Shown in pieces: positions 50,977-64,000 of a DNA stretch of 64,000 nucleotides. Positions within the stretch are counted from its first letter, which is position 1; each line of letters begins with the position of its first letter. Source of the stretch: Euprymna scolopes (lineage: Eukaryota); assembly GCA_053919585.1 (NCBI GenBank), contig CM132783.1; one strand, written 5' to 3'. The position numbers and the translations under genes are program-made. The notes under the pieces are model-generated. The model was given only the letters and a program-made list of their open reading frames with translations. It searched no databases and was not told the DNA's origin.

Positions 50977-51239
50977 ATTTGCTTTTTATGGGAATTGAAG
51001 GAAAGAAGCCCAGCACAATGCTCAATTATAAGTAGATAAATCGCAATGTAAGAGCATATTTATTTTTAAAATTTTACAGTTAAACATCAGTACCGCCGGT
51101 TTCAAATCCAATATAGGAGAACCAGTAAAACAGAGGCCGAAGAGAGTCTAATATTTCTCGACCATAAACTGGTTCCCCTGTATTGGATTTGAAACTGGCG
51201 GTACTGATGTATTTCTAACCTTCTGTAAAGTTTTTTTTT

Positions 51240-51269
<30 letters not shown>

Positions 51270-51284
<15 letters not shown>

Positions 51285-53220
51285 ACAGTGATCACCACTT
51301 ATCAAGGCCCGGAAGCCACTCAGGGATAAGGGTTATTGCAAGTACATTACGTTAGTGTGGAGATTTGATGAAGTGTTTACTTAAGGGGGCGGTTCATTAG
51401 GAATTTGTTAACATTAGACTTGAAGACATCCAAGTTGTAGTCCGGAGGGAAGCAGGCAGATGGAACAGAGTTCCACAGGCGTGCAGTTCTAAGAAAGAAG
51501 TTTTGTTCATGGAATCCGCGTTTTGATTTAGGCACAGATATAGAGTGGGGGAAATTTTTCACAGTGGATTCAGCTAGACAGGTGTTTTTCGTGAAAGATT
51601 GGCGAGGGGGGACCAGGGATTGGAGTTCAGACGAGCACCTGCCATGAAAATAACGATAAAACAAGGATAGGCTCGCAACGTCTCTTCTGTGGGAGAGGGG
51701 TTGCAGGGTAGAGAAAAGGGCATCCCCCACTAAACCACGAAGTCTATTTTGTACTCTGTCAAGGCATGATAGGCTGTTTTTGGCAGCTCCTGCCCAGATA
51801 TGGCAACAGTATTCCATCCTTGGACGTACTTGGCTTTTATATAGATAGAGAATTGCATCAGTAGTGAGATATCTTCTGGAGCGGTCGAAGGATCCCACCA
51901 TCTTTCCAGCGACCTTGGCAACAGACTTGATGTACGTGTTCCATTTCAGATCAGGAGTAAAGGTCAAACCCAGAAGCTTGTCAAAACACGGGGCCTCACC
52001 CAGACGAGAGCCATCCATCACAATTGATGCCAGCTGGGGATCAGAGCGTTGATGATGTAAGGATAGGAGTTTGGTTTTGGATGCATTAAAGGTAACTAGC
52101 CACATCTTCCCCCACTGAACCACGCGCTCGAGATCAGAGGAGAGAGAATCAGAGAGAACTTTGTCATTTACAGCCTTTGATATGTTGCCGTAGATGGTCG
52201 TGTCATCAGCATAGATGTCAACGAATGATTTAAGTATGTGTTTAGGGAGGTCATTGATGTAGATCAGGAAGAGAGTTGGGCCCAGGATTGACCCCTGAGG
52301 GACTCCAGCATTTATATTGCAGGCCTCCGATTTTTGTCCATCTACCACTACTCTTATGAGCCTATCGGAGAGAAATGATTTAATGATTGAGAAAACATTT
52401 CCAGTTATACCGTAGCTGGAAATCTTGTGAAGTAGACCCTTATGCCATACCTTGTCGAAGACCTTTGATATGTCAAGAGCAATTGCCCTAGAAAGGAAGC
52501 CTTTGTCAAGAGATTCACTAATCCTGTGGGATATAACCGTCAGCACATCTGCGGTAGATCTTGCAGAGCAGAAACCATATTGTGTGTCACTAAGAAGGTT
52601 ATTCCTGCTGAGGTGGTTGACTATTTCTCTATTTAATATTGATTCCAGCAACTTACTCATAACACACAGGAGACTTATTGGTCTGTACTGAGAGGGAGAT
52701 GACTTATCACCTGAATTCTTAAATACAGGGCAAACTGAAGAGGTCTTCCAGGGGGTCGGAAAGCACTTCTCCTTAAGGCAGCGCTTAAATAGTTTCGTAA
52801 GTATGGGAGCAAGTTCTGGTTGAAGCTTTTTTAACACTATAATTGGGATGCCATCAGGGCCAGTTGCTTTATTGGAATCTAGGTTTTTTATTAGCTTGGC
52901 AACCTCATGCACGGATATTTGTCTGTTACCTAGCTTGTTCTGTGTTATAGGAGGAAATATGGGGAGTTGATGGCCTTCGTCGCATAGGGTAGAATTAGCT
53001 GCAAAGTTCTTTGCAAATGGTTTGGCCTTGTCTGACGCTGACGCAATGACCTCTGGTCCATTGATAATGGTTGGGATAGAACGCACACTTCTGTTCAGGA
53101 TCCTATTTGTTATTTGCCAAAACTAGTGGGAACCAAGCCGCTGATCAGCTACCTTGGATTTAACAGACTGGGCATATAGCTCTCTTGCATTTTTTATTAC
53201 TCTTTTACAGTAGTTGCTGG
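51270..53220 (-). mobile_element. CR1/L2-group (Jockey group) LINE, 5'-truncated, with poly(A) tail
   Basis: Contains the 569-aa RT ORF. The 3' UTR ends CCTTGATAAGTGGTGATCACTGT(A)n inside (TA)n. Confidence 0.95.
51377..53086 (-). CDS. Non-LTR retrotransposon reverse transcriptase (ORF2 C-terminal part; APE endonuclease missing)
   Basis: KATGPDGIP, YRPISLL, QYGF, LDISKVFDKVWH, GVPQGSILGPTLF, YADD, KLLG, RMEYCCHIW. Uninterrupted for 569 aa. Confidence 0.95.
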   Translation of the reverse strand: MRSIPTIINGPEVIASASDKAKPFAKNFAANSTLCDEGHQLPIFPPITQNKLGNRQISVHEVAKLIKNLDSNKATGPDGIPIIVLKKLQPELAPILTKLFKRCLKEKCFPTPWKTSSVCPVFKNSGDKSSPSQYRPISLLCVMSKLLESILNREIVNHLSRNNLLSDTQYGFCSARSTADVLTVISHRISESLDKGFLSRAIALDISKVFDKVWHKGLLHKISSYGITGNVFSIIKSFLSDRLIRVVVDGQKSEACNINAGVPQGSILGPTLFLIYINDLPKHILKSFVDIYADDTTIYGNISKAVNDKVLSDSLSSDLERVVQWGKMWLVTFNASKTKLLSLHHQRSDPQLASIVMDGSRLGEAPCFDKLLGLTFTPDLKWNTYIKSVAKVAGKMVGSFDRSRRYLTTDAILYLYKSQVRPRMEYCCHIWAGAAKNSLSCLDRVQNRLRGLVGDALFSTLQPLSHRRDVASLSLFYRYFHGRCSSELQSLVPPRQSFTKNTCLAESTVKNFPHSISVPKSKRGFHEQNFFLRTARLWNSVPSACFPPDYNLDVFKSNVNKFLMNRPLK

Positions 53221-53645
53221 CAGTCCTGAAAGCAGCTTTCCCCTGGAAAACCCAATAAAACTTTCTACAATAGACCTACTCCAACAACAACCACCAACTT
53301 CACTATCAGACCCGATCCAACCGTCCCAGCACATACCCAGCTCTCCTGAAACTCCTATGCCTCTGGAGTCTCTGGCTGACATAACACCTGTCTTCAAAAA
53401 CTCTCTGCTATAGGAACCCCGCAACCATCAACCCAGGGAACAAAGGGGATACTAAAAAATAGCTCTCGTCTCGTTTCAATAAAAAGCAGGGCAATGTTGA
53501 CAGCTGGTTTGGCTGTCCCATACCCAGCATTACAATCTTCAAAGGGAGAAAATTAAAAAAAAATGTCCTATGTATTTTTCTCCCAAAGCTATTGTCTGTA
53601 AAAAATGTATAAATATTCTTCCTTGTTTTAAATAAAGTCTACGGT

Positions 53646-53728
<83 letters not shown>

Positions 53729-54753
53729 TGGTATCTATTTTCAATTTATGTCGTCGAACGCACAACGCATACGGTAAAAAACGCGATAAACGCTATTTTA
53801 AAAATTACGAAACTATCACTACACTATATTATGTTTGACTCCAGATTTTATTTTATAGAGTTTCTCCCAGTTTCTTTATTGTCCTTTTTGTTCATTATCC
53901 TGAATTTAACTCTAACGCTACTTTAAAACTGTCTTTCTTTGTCTCTCTAAATATATATTTTGAATCTCATTGCGTCTAGCCGCATTTTGTAGACACGGCA
54001 AAGCACATATTTTTGGATAACAATTAATTGCAATATTTATGAAAGACGAGTGTTAGATATCAAACATAACAATGCAAGACCTTTATGCAAATATACGTGA
54101 CATAGTGAACAGCACATCTAGAGATCGTAAGGCAAGAAACAACTAATCACCAGGCGCTGTCAAATATGTTCCTAAACTACATGTACATAGAAACTTTGAA
54201 TGCAAAACGCGATAAACACTATTTTCAAAATTAGGAAACTATCACTACAAGAAAATGTCGTATTTTAACATTTGACCAAACCCAAAACCCATAAAATGAT
54301 GCAGGCATAATGCTTTTTTTTTTGCTTTCAATTGAAATAAGATTAGATTAGTGTAGATTTAATATATTCGCTCTTTTATTGTTTTATGTTGCACTTTAGC
54401 AAATTTGATTTGTTTTGCAGCCGAACAATTGATTATATATATATATATTTTTTTTTATCTTCCACCAGACTATCCATTCGTGTGTAATCACCTTTTTCTT
54501 TACCATATTCCCTCTGCTTAACTTTTTTTGTTTTCAAGTAAGATCTTTGACTTACTCGTTGTTTCATCAAATACTTTTGCATGCAAAATCCGATCCTGCA
54601 TTTTGCTAATTCCTACCCTCTGACGAGAAGGAAAGTATTTCTTCGAAACTCCGCGGATTAAGGACTATCCATTTATCTAGTGTTTCCTTTTCAGATTAAA
54701 TATGCTTTTAACTCATTTCAAAGTGTTTTTTAACATATTTTTTTCACTGTTTA

Positions 54754-54806
<53 letters not shown>

Positions 54807-54938
54807 AGATAGAGAGAGAAAATAGTCAAGATTTACTTTGTAGCTGTGTTCGAATCTACCGACAAGTAGGAAGTCACTTCTTGCACTGATGATTTCGTAA
54901 TCATGATACTATAGTGTATGTCTGTTGATCTGATTCTC

Positions 54939-55000
<62 letters not shown>

Positions 55001-55899
55001 CAACTAAAAAACAATATTTTTCAAAAGAATGTGCTGCATCTATTTTCTAAATCTATAGGTAAATATGGTACTACTTATGTCTAAGAATAAGTTGCATTTA
55101 CTGGACTTGATATAAATATATTCTTCTTTCGGTGTGGAAACGGTGCAGTGCTTACCCACACTCCCAAATCCTATCATTTTCTCCTCTTCAATCATAAACA
55201 CTGGGTTTGGTTTTCAAAAAATTCTGGATAGAACGCAATGAAAGAACATCACTTCAATGCCAAAGACTGGAAGAATAACGGCCGTTTTTATTATGTATCA
55301 AAGTGCAGCTGAATATATAGTTATGCTTCTGACTTCCAGAGATTTCTTTTTATCATAATGCTTCAATAAAACACCTATTTGCTTACTTGTTATTTTTTTC
55401 TAAAATTCCTTTTCATTCCACACTTAGAAAAAAAAAACAACAATATATCTACAAATACATATTAGCCATAGTAGACGAATAAAAATAAAATGACAAAATG
55501 TTTTCCCGTCATTCCTGTAATCATAACCGGATATGCATACGTGCATACTTACACAATCACAAAGTATATATATATATATTACAATGTTCTTGACTATAGA
55601 AATAATAATTTCATTTGTATACAAATAAAATGTTTATTTATTATCACTATTTACACTAACAGGATTGTACGTGAGGAAAACTTAATGAATGTTATTTGCC
55701 ATAAGTATATTTTTCATGCGTATAATGCATATGCAAATAGTAAGTCACGAATATATAGATATAGCAATTGAGCTACAAAATACGTTCTGCATTTTATTCA
55801 AATTGGGAATCATGATGCTAAAATACATATACATATATACTCCTATAAATTTGGGTTTTTGTGCATTGATATTCATATTAAACATCCCTTTTTAATTTT

Positions 55900-56668
55900 T
55901 TTTAAAGAAAATACAACTTTGTTATATATGGGTCGTGGAATTGCATTCATCTGCAAAAGATCTAGCTAATTTGAAAATTATTTTAAACATTCATTTTAAT
56001 TAATTCCCTATTAGTTTTTTTTTACAATTTTCTGATGGGATGATCATCTTTAGTTAATTACTACGTGTAATTATATTCATGCAGATATTCTAAATGATTT
56101 ATTCTTGCGTAATATTTGTGTAAAAAGGTTGTAATAAACACAAACTTGTTTCTCTGTATATATATATATATTTATGTATACGTATATATATTAGTTTAAA
56201 AAAATTTGCCTGCAAATTCCTTTGTCAATTTTTGGTCCACAGACATGAAACTTAATATATAGGACATTCGGACCCATGTAGGACTTTATATTTGGGTTTT
56301 ATCCGGAGAAAATCGGAGCAAAAGTGTGAAAATTAAAAAAAAAATGGAATTTTCCAGGTGAAGGTCGAACGACAGCGTAAAGAATATGCATGCGTAACGT
56401 AATAGCTATTGGTTCATGTTTTTATTTTTAGCCTTGCAGCAAAAAATGTCTTCATAGCTCAGGCATTAATGTAATAAGAAAAATTAAATCGTAAGTTAAA
56501 CGCTTTGGTTTCAATTATCAGTGGTGGCGTATGAGTCATTTTTGTAGAAACCTTAAAATTATTATTATTGGGTCCAATATAATATAATAATAAATACGTA
56601 ATCTGCCTCAATCAAAACATCATATTTAAGCATATTTTACAACCGGGCTATCCCGGGCGGCCTGCTAG
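55900..56668 (+). mobile_element. Non-autonomous Helitron-like element (same family as 1574-2310)
   Basis: Ends ACCGGGCTATCCCGGGCGGCCTGCTAG|T. About 750 bp of similarity to the reverse complement of 1574-2310. Confidence 0.8.
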
Positions 56669-57359
56669 TATATGTATAAAAATATATATATATATATGTA
56701 CACGTGTGTTTTATTCTTTAGTTAGCTTACTAATCAGATTCACTGTTATCCTTGCCCACGTGTTAAGGGTTTTTATTAACCAAATTGAAGGGCTTCTTTA
56801 CGACAACGGTTCGACTGAATTTAATTTCCTATTCTTTTTTTCTGTTTTGTTAGTTTGTTTGCTTTTTTCATGGTTTTATTTTTCTCATGTATTATTACCC
56901 TAAAGTAAAGTTTATTTTGCATATACAGTTGTTTACTATTTCACATCTACAGTTTAATAGGTTTAGGGAATCTTTAAAAGTTAGAATTTTAAATTTCTCG
57001 TTCAGACATAATATGCCCATATCGTCCAAGTTTCTACATATCTTGGTCTGTTGTACTATTTTCCATTTGACAATTGATAAACGTCGGTTTACTTGAGTTC
57101 CCAGTCACTCAGGCGAGGAGTTCATTTGATAGTTATTCAAATAAGGTGTTCAGCATCCTGCCCTTCTTATTACAAGTAAATAAATATGATCAATCCGAAC
57201 CAAAGACCATGCAGAGGAAAAAAGACCATGAAAGAAATTAGACTATTAATGGAATGCTATTACAAAAGCAACCTACATGCAAAAAAAGCTCCTTCGCGCA
57301 GAAGATAATCCCGAAATTATGCCATCGATTTCCCAAACAGCTTATGTGTGTATATATAT

Positions 57360-57500
57360 GTCATAATCATATTGACACACCGGTTCTCGTCAGTTATGCA
57401 ACGATGACCATGACCAGTACCAAATGAGTGACCATTTGAGAATGCTAGGCACTGTATGGACTGCACCAGGGCATAAAAATTCTCAGATTGGTATTAGGGG
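57360..57500 (+). mobile_element. 5S-derived SINE fragment
   Basis: CATAATCATATTGACACACCGGTTCTCGTC..CCAGTACCAAATGAGTGACCATTTGAGAATGCTAGGC. Confidence 0.7.
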
Positions 57501-58097
57501 ACACGTTTAATCCACTTTATAGGAGAAAAATTTATGTTTACTGTCTGCTCTATCTTGTGGCAGCCATTGCACTAATTGAGATTATGAGTTGTACCAATCA
57601 GATTTCAATTTTAATGTTGTATCTTTGGGGGTGGGGGATTATGGTACAGTTTAGGTTGCACCCACTAAATTATAAAGTTCACAAAAAAGCAATAAATAAT
57701 AGGTCCATGTTACGGAACCTGTCATCTAGAATACATGACAAGTACATACATATTATTGATGTTGAAACATCCTTTTTAAAATAAATTATAACTCGAAATT
57801 TGATGTGGAACAATTCTTTTTTTCTATTAAACTCTTTGTATATTACTTATTTCAAAAGTTCTCTTGGGGAAACGTTGCGAGTTTATGTTGCCGCATTTAA
57901 AGTTTATAATAAAAATAATGTGACCATGTTTCACTTTGTTCCATAGTATATGTGTTCCTAAATTCTAAATGATCGGTTCATTAGTTTATCAGATTATCCC
58001 CCAGACTTAACACACGCACATTCACAGAGAAAGCTAAATAGTATTTTTAACATAGCTCAAATATAATAAAAGAATGAAATCTGAGGTTTTCTTGAAA

Positions 58098-58520
58098 TCT
58101 AATCTATAAAACTCACTATGTTTGTCTGTCTGTCTGCCTGCCTTCCTCCATATTTTACAACTATCCCTCCCGAAACTAAAATGATTGGACTTTTATGGAT
58201 TTTTTTATGGGTTTTTAGCCGGTTAACATAGTTTAAGGGGTCAAAAGTGATCATACTTGAAAAAATCGTTATATATTTTGTATGTTCATGTTAGTTTATT
58301 TTTAATCAGTTCATATGCGTGTCACTTTAGTACAATGGTAACGTCACCAGCTTTGAATGCTACAGTTTTGCTTTCGGTTTCGATTCTAGCTGATGGCAGC
58401 CCAATACTTTCTTTTTACTTTTGAAATCATGGCACGAAATATGTATGTATATATACGAAATCTGGACAATTATAAAGACCATATTTAAGCATAATTTACG
58501 ACCAGGCAAAGCGGTCGCCA
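58098..58520 (+). mobile_element. Degenerate non-autonomous Helitron
   Basis: 5' TCTAATCTATAAAACTCACTATGTTTG(TCTG)n. The 3' CATATTTAAGCATAATTTACGACCAGGCAAAGCGG is shared with 56620-56660. Confidence 0.55.
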
Positions 58521-58799
58521 ATCCTTTCTAATTACGTTTGATATTAGCATTTTCTTTGATAAAAGATTTGATCGAATTGAGTTTACGATGGTCTATGAAA
58601 ACAAGTAGAAAACATAACACCATTTGTTTTGATTATAGCTTTTGGCTTTATTATTTTAACAACAGCAAACTGACTGGTCCGATGACACAAATATTTCATT
58701 TTTCTAATTAGCAAGGACAAATATGATTTAATGTGCACGAAACGGCTGATTGGGGTAATGAAATATTTAAGCAAAACCTCTGATGTTCTCTGATATATA

Positions 58800-60357
58800 C
58801 ACTGCTGATCAAAAATTTAAGACCGCTTAAAAATCTTTAAAAAGAAACCCTTTTTTAGGATAGATTTTAAACTCTTCCGACTACAATCTAAAAGGTTATG
58901 GAAACAAAAAGGTGCATTCCAAAAATTTTATTTAAAAATTTGCATTTTTATTAAATTAGGCTTTTTACACATGATCAAAATTATAAGACCAAGGGTATAT
59001 AAATTGTTAGATTTATGGTAATTCTAATGTTTTTAGTTCAGTTAGAGATTAGCAATCACTGTGTAAAGGTGTTACCATGCCTAAAGCAAAAAAACTAATC
59101 GGAATTGAGCGCTCTCGAATTCTAGGATTCCATAAGCAAGGTTTGTCACAGCGGGCGATAGCAGCTAAGGTGAATTGCAGTAAAACTGTTACTTGCAACT
59201 TTCTAAAGAACACTGAGAATTATGGAAAAGCAAAATCCTTTAGTAGCCCCCCCCCAATTTCTCCTGCATTGAGTAGGAGAATCAGACGGGTTGTTATGAA
59301 TGACAGAACTTTCTTTTGGTCAAGTTAAGACGGTTACAGATGTTGATTGCAGTCCAATAATCACCAGATGACACTTACAACAAAAAGGCATGGTAAATAA
59401 AAAGCGTAAACAAATTCTGCGATTGCTTCCACGTCACAAAGTGGACCGCTTAAGATTTGGTCGTGAATACCAAACCTGAGATGTTGAGAAGTGGAAGAAA
59501 GTCCTGTTTTCTGATGAGAAAATATTCAATTTAGATGGTCCTGGTGGCTTCCAGCGATATTGGCATGAAAACAACATGCCGCTTGAAATTTTTTCCACAC
59601 GTCATAGTGATGGAGGATCCGTAATGGTATGGGGTACCTTTTCTTACAGAGGGACGACGGAGCTCCAGGTGGTGCAGGGTCGTCAGACAGCAGCTGGTGA
59701 TGTTAGCATGCTACAAAAAGCATTTTTGATGATGGACGGTCATCTTTGTGTGGGGATGGATAGTTATTTCAACAGGATAATGCTGCAATCCACACTGCAA
59801 GACGGACCTTGAGCTTTCTACAAGAAAATACAGTCCATCTCTTGGGATATCCTGCATGCTCACCGGACTTCAACCCAATTGAAAATGTTTAGGGATGGAT
59901 GATAAGAGAGGTTTATCGAAATGGCAAACAATATTTAACAAAAAATGAACTTTGTGAAGTCATCTTCAGAAACTGGAGCAGGATCCCCTTCACCTTAATG
60001 GAAACCCTTATTTCTCGCATGCCTCAAAGAAGTTTTGAAGTCATCAAAAGCAGTGGAGGAAGAACTCATTAAGTTTGATTGTTGAATGTTTTCATACACT
60101 TTTCATAACTTTTTGTACAATTTAATGGAATTTTTGTCTGTGCTCTTATAATTTTGATCATGTGTAAAAAGCCTAATTTAATAAAAATGTAAATTTTAAA
60201 AATAAATCTTTGGAGTGTAGCTTTTTGTTTCCATAACCTTTTAGATTGTAGTTTGGTAACCTTAAGTCGGAAGAGTTTAAGACCTATTCTTTATTCTAAA
60301 AAAAAAGTTATTTTTTTAAAAGATTTTTAAGTGGTCTTAAATTTTTGATCAGCAATG
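58800..60357 (+). mobile_element. Tc1/Tc3-like DNA transposon with long IR/DR-type TIRs
   Basis: TIRs of about 190-215 bp (CACTGCTGATCAAAAATTTAAGACC / GGTCTTAAATTTTTGATCAGCAATG), each with an inner repeat TGATCAAAATTATAAGA. TA on the left flank. Confidence 0.95.
59077..60072 (+). pseudogene. Tc3-like DDE transposase pseudogene
   Basis: HTH N-terminus, [47 protein letters not shown]. Several stops and frameshifts. Confidence 0.93.
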
Positions 60358-60563
60358 TGTGTATATATATATATCACATGCATAAATCTGTGGCAAATAG
60401 GATTTACGAAGTTGCCCATGTTTCATATTCGTAACACTTATTAAAAATTCCTAGAAATATTAGAAAAAGAAACGCCCTCAGGTGATTGGACAAATTTCTC
60501 TGGATTTTCAAGTACATCAAAATATATACTAAAAATATATATACAGTATATTATGTCATCTTA

Positions 60564-60640
<77 letters not shown>

Positions 60641-60975
60641 TTACTCAGGCTTACATGATAAATATGTACTTATCTGGAAATACTTTTTCGGATCCACAAG
60701 GATCAAAACTTCACTTTGCTTGAAATATCAGATAATCACACTGCACTCCATTTTGTCAAAAGACTATTCAATAATTTACATATGATTCTAATGTGTTTCC
60801 TTCCCCCGTTTATATAACACACTATATTGTGTGTGTGTGTGTTATCTCTAATCTAGTTGTTCCTAAAAGAGTTGCAGACATTTGAATGTGATTATAAATT
60901 CATGATTAGTTCTATGACAGATAAAACAACGATAGAAAGTTATCGTTCTCAACAAGGATATTAATTTAATTTTAT

Positions 60976-61014
<39 letters not shown>

Positions 61015-61439
61015 TCGCAGATTGGTTCTTTGTCTTCGACAATTGATGCTAACACTATTGACTGGAATTGTGAGATTTTCGGAAAATAGGACAAATGCTT
61101 TTCAAGATGTAAGTGAACGGAATAATAAAATAAAAACATCAAAAACAGAATTCTTCAAACATTCTGTGAAGATCGGCTAACAATTGAATGATACTTCTTT
61201 TGTTTTTCTAAGAATCATAGATTCCTGTATTTGCTTATATTTTTTTCTATTTTCAGGGAATGAGTAAAATGTTCTGCCTTGTCAAAATGGCTAGTTAAAA
61301 GCATAACGCTATACATATATATATATATATATATGTGTGTGTGGGTGTGTGTAACTGTATCGTTGATTTTTCATAAATGTAAATCCACTGAAACTGATGT
61401 TTATCACAGCGCTCAATGATAAGCAGATCATAATTATAA

Positions 61440-62240
61440 TATATTTATTTATACAACATTATTGGCTACATATATGCATACATGTTTCATTTAGTGAAGC
61501 AGCGTCTTCAGGCCAACTCTTTTTAGGAAACCAAAATGTAAAACCCAAATAAAAATTTGTTTATGTTTTGAGCTGGAATCGAAGAGGTGGAGGGTTAGTC
61601 TTCGTGACACGTTACAACGTGTTGGTAATGTGACCGTCGGGTTAGGGTTAATCAACAACCAGTTCTCAAAATCTCTTGTCGATAAACAACTTAAACAAGC
61701 TATTAGCAACTTAAATCAATTTACTAATATTCAACAAAATTAATAATCCTCAATTGGTTAATATATTTTACTGCAACGAGCTACATAAAAACTAAAAAAC
61801 TGATAAAAAGTGGTCTCAAAAATATAATTCGCAGATACGTATCTCCCAACAATAACAAAAAAAAATCAAGTTTATCTTTTATTAAAAAAAAACCTACAAA
61901 CGACTAACCTTGCAATCTATAATAACACTTCGCAGACAAATAACTTACTAGAAAGAAAAAAACAATGTAATTTATCAATTTAACTGGCCGCTTGGAGAAT
62001 ATACCTCTAACACTGTTTACTACATTGGCCACACAACCAACACGTTGTCACAAAGACTAACCTTCCACCCCACCGACTCCAGCTCAATATCATAGTACTT
62101 AAAAAAGCATGGCTGTCATCATTCCAAATTTTGAAGAATCCTGGTCGAAAATACCAAGGTCCTACACAGTGATACTAATTTAAAGCGATTAAAAATACTT
62201 GAAGCGATATACATAAAAGCGAAACAACCTCAAATGAATA
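61440..62240 (+). mobile_element. Second, unrelated Penelope-like element fragment (GIY-YIG)
   Basis: NVIYQFNWPLG..YYIGHTTNTLSQRLTFH..LKILEAIYIKAKQPQMN at about 61965-62240. An antisense CTGAAGA..GAAAC motif at about 61480-61512 is consistent with an inverted pLTR. Confidence 0.8.
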
Positions 62241-62250
62241 TTTTAAAATG

Positions 62251-62313
<63 letters not shown>

Positions 62314-62867
62314 GGCAGAAGCTTTTAATGCACTATTTATAAAATTCAAAATTTGAAATGAACGGATAAAACTATTTAAAAAACCATTGGGAGATGCAAA
62401 CATTTTATCAAATGATAAAAAAAACAATCATTCGTTTTTTTTTTCTTCTTGAGTTCTTACATATTTTTTTTCTCTTTTTGTGATTGAAATGTATCATATT
62501 AATTTCAGACTTAAGAAAATCCATCATCAGAGACTGAAAAGCTTTTGTCAATTTGATTAACACTCGATTACCACACATCTAAGCACCTCAACTTGAAGAG
62601 TTCTCCCGCGTGCGAATGGCACCACCAGCAGATATCCTCGAAATAATAACACGAGGGCACGGATTTTCAACTAACTAAAAAATAAGGACCGTTCAGTTTC
62701 TCATGATGGATTTCCTAAAGTCCAAAATTAAAATATATTACAATTACAAAAGGAGAAAAAAAAAGATGTAAGAACTAAAATAAAGAACAAAATGGAATGA
62801 TTTGCTTTTTTATTTTATTTTTCACATTTAATAAAATGCTTACACCTTGAAGAGTTTTAAAAAAATG

Positions 62868-62910
<43 letters not shown>

Positions 62911-63250
62911 CGCAAGACGTATCTGTTATCACACGTTCTATCTAGCTTCATACTCGTGTCTTTTTTTAAGGTCCATTTTATATTCTTTTTTTATCGTTTA
63001 CTCTGTACTAGTCTAGCACAAAGTTGCAACTCTAAATGCTCTCCTCATGTCTTGCACAATAATAATAAAGACAGCATGAATATTGCTAAAATATAATTTT
63101 AAATCTTTTCAACAAATGTTTTATACTTAATAATACTTCATGAAAATTTAGTTGATATCGCACCTGAAATGATTAATCCATAGCTAGACAAACAGACATT
63201 ATTGTTTATATTGTCCCTTATCGTAGATATATAAAATTTTATACCACAGC

Positions 63251-63285
<35 letters not shown>

Positions 63286-64000
63286 TGAATCCATGTTGTT
63301 GACAAAGTGCACGTAGGCTCTCATGTTTATCACCGTCGTCGCGTCTCTAAAACTTGGGTTGTCTTTCGACTATTAACAAAAATCATGTGGACGTCATTAT
63401 GGAGCTTTATTTTATCAGGATTTATTTAAAACAGAAACAGATCGACAGATAGATGGTTAGAGAGAGAGAGAGGAGGGGGTAAAGAGGGGGAGAGGGAGAG
63501 AGATCCGATATTTAAGTTGCTGGTCTTATTATATTTAGGTACATTGTAAACGACCACCATTGTTGGGGCTCCTAGGAAGATGATGTTTTGTGTCCAGTTG
63601 CTGCAGTTGTCAGCCCAAAAATGTCTGAACCCTCTGTGTCCCGGGCTGGAGATAACATGCTTCTATAGACTCCCGATTTTTGATTGCCTCTGACATTTTG
63701 GATGTCAAATTTATTGTAAGACGTTAATTATATAAAAACTAATATCTTAGAAATGGATGTTGACTTTATTTCGTTATAACACTCGTTACTCTTAAATATA
63801 AAAACATCGTCTTCTTCTAAGATGTAAGAAATATTTGTGTTTAAAAAGTTCAAATAAGTTGGTTAGTTCTATTAAAAATTTGTGCAACTCTCTGAAAACT
63901 GCTGAGAATTTTTGATTTGGAAACGTGACTCCATCTGATTTGAAATCATGATACAAAAAAGCCATTGGCAATTGTTTTCGAAAAACAATGGGTGGAAAGG

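Noticed and set aside
1574-56668. Inverted 750-bp pair as the ends of one giant transposon
   Set aside because: Both have Helitron 3' termini and are clearly diverged, so independent insertions in opposite orientation is the simpler explanation.

Overview
AT-rich, microsatellite-dense eukaryotic (invertebrate-like animal) DNA made up mostly of transposable elements and intron-like sequence. It is not prokaryotic, and most short ORFs in the track are spurious. The only well-supported host coding piece is a 133-bp minus-strand exon (23897-24029) encoding a YWTD/LDL-receptor class B repeat, so much of the window is probably intron of an LRP/LDLR-family gene. Mobile elements recognised: a CR1/L2-group LINE (one intact 569-aa RT ORF plus about 7 fragments), RTE and R4/Dong-type fragments, a decayed Ty3/Gypsy element with both LTRs but no PR/RT, two Penelope-like elements (one with inverted pLTRs carrying minimal hammerhead ribozymes), a Tc3-like IR/DR transposon, mariner/pogo/hAT MITEs, several non-autonomous Helitrons and a HINE, 5S- and tRNA-derived SINEs, and a U2 snRNA fragment. 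The most notable signal is a set of short non-coding repeat families that join a tRNA-like Pol III head (A/B boxes) to type I hammerhead ribozyme motifs. One has a 279-nt hammerhead-to-hammerhead unit next to (TA)n (8445-8767, 41147-41418). The others form Penelope-style fold-back insertions (2370-3400, 17178-18210). These look like retrozyme/SINE hybrids, possibly mobilised by the resident Penelope elements. All calls were made by eye; no database search was run.
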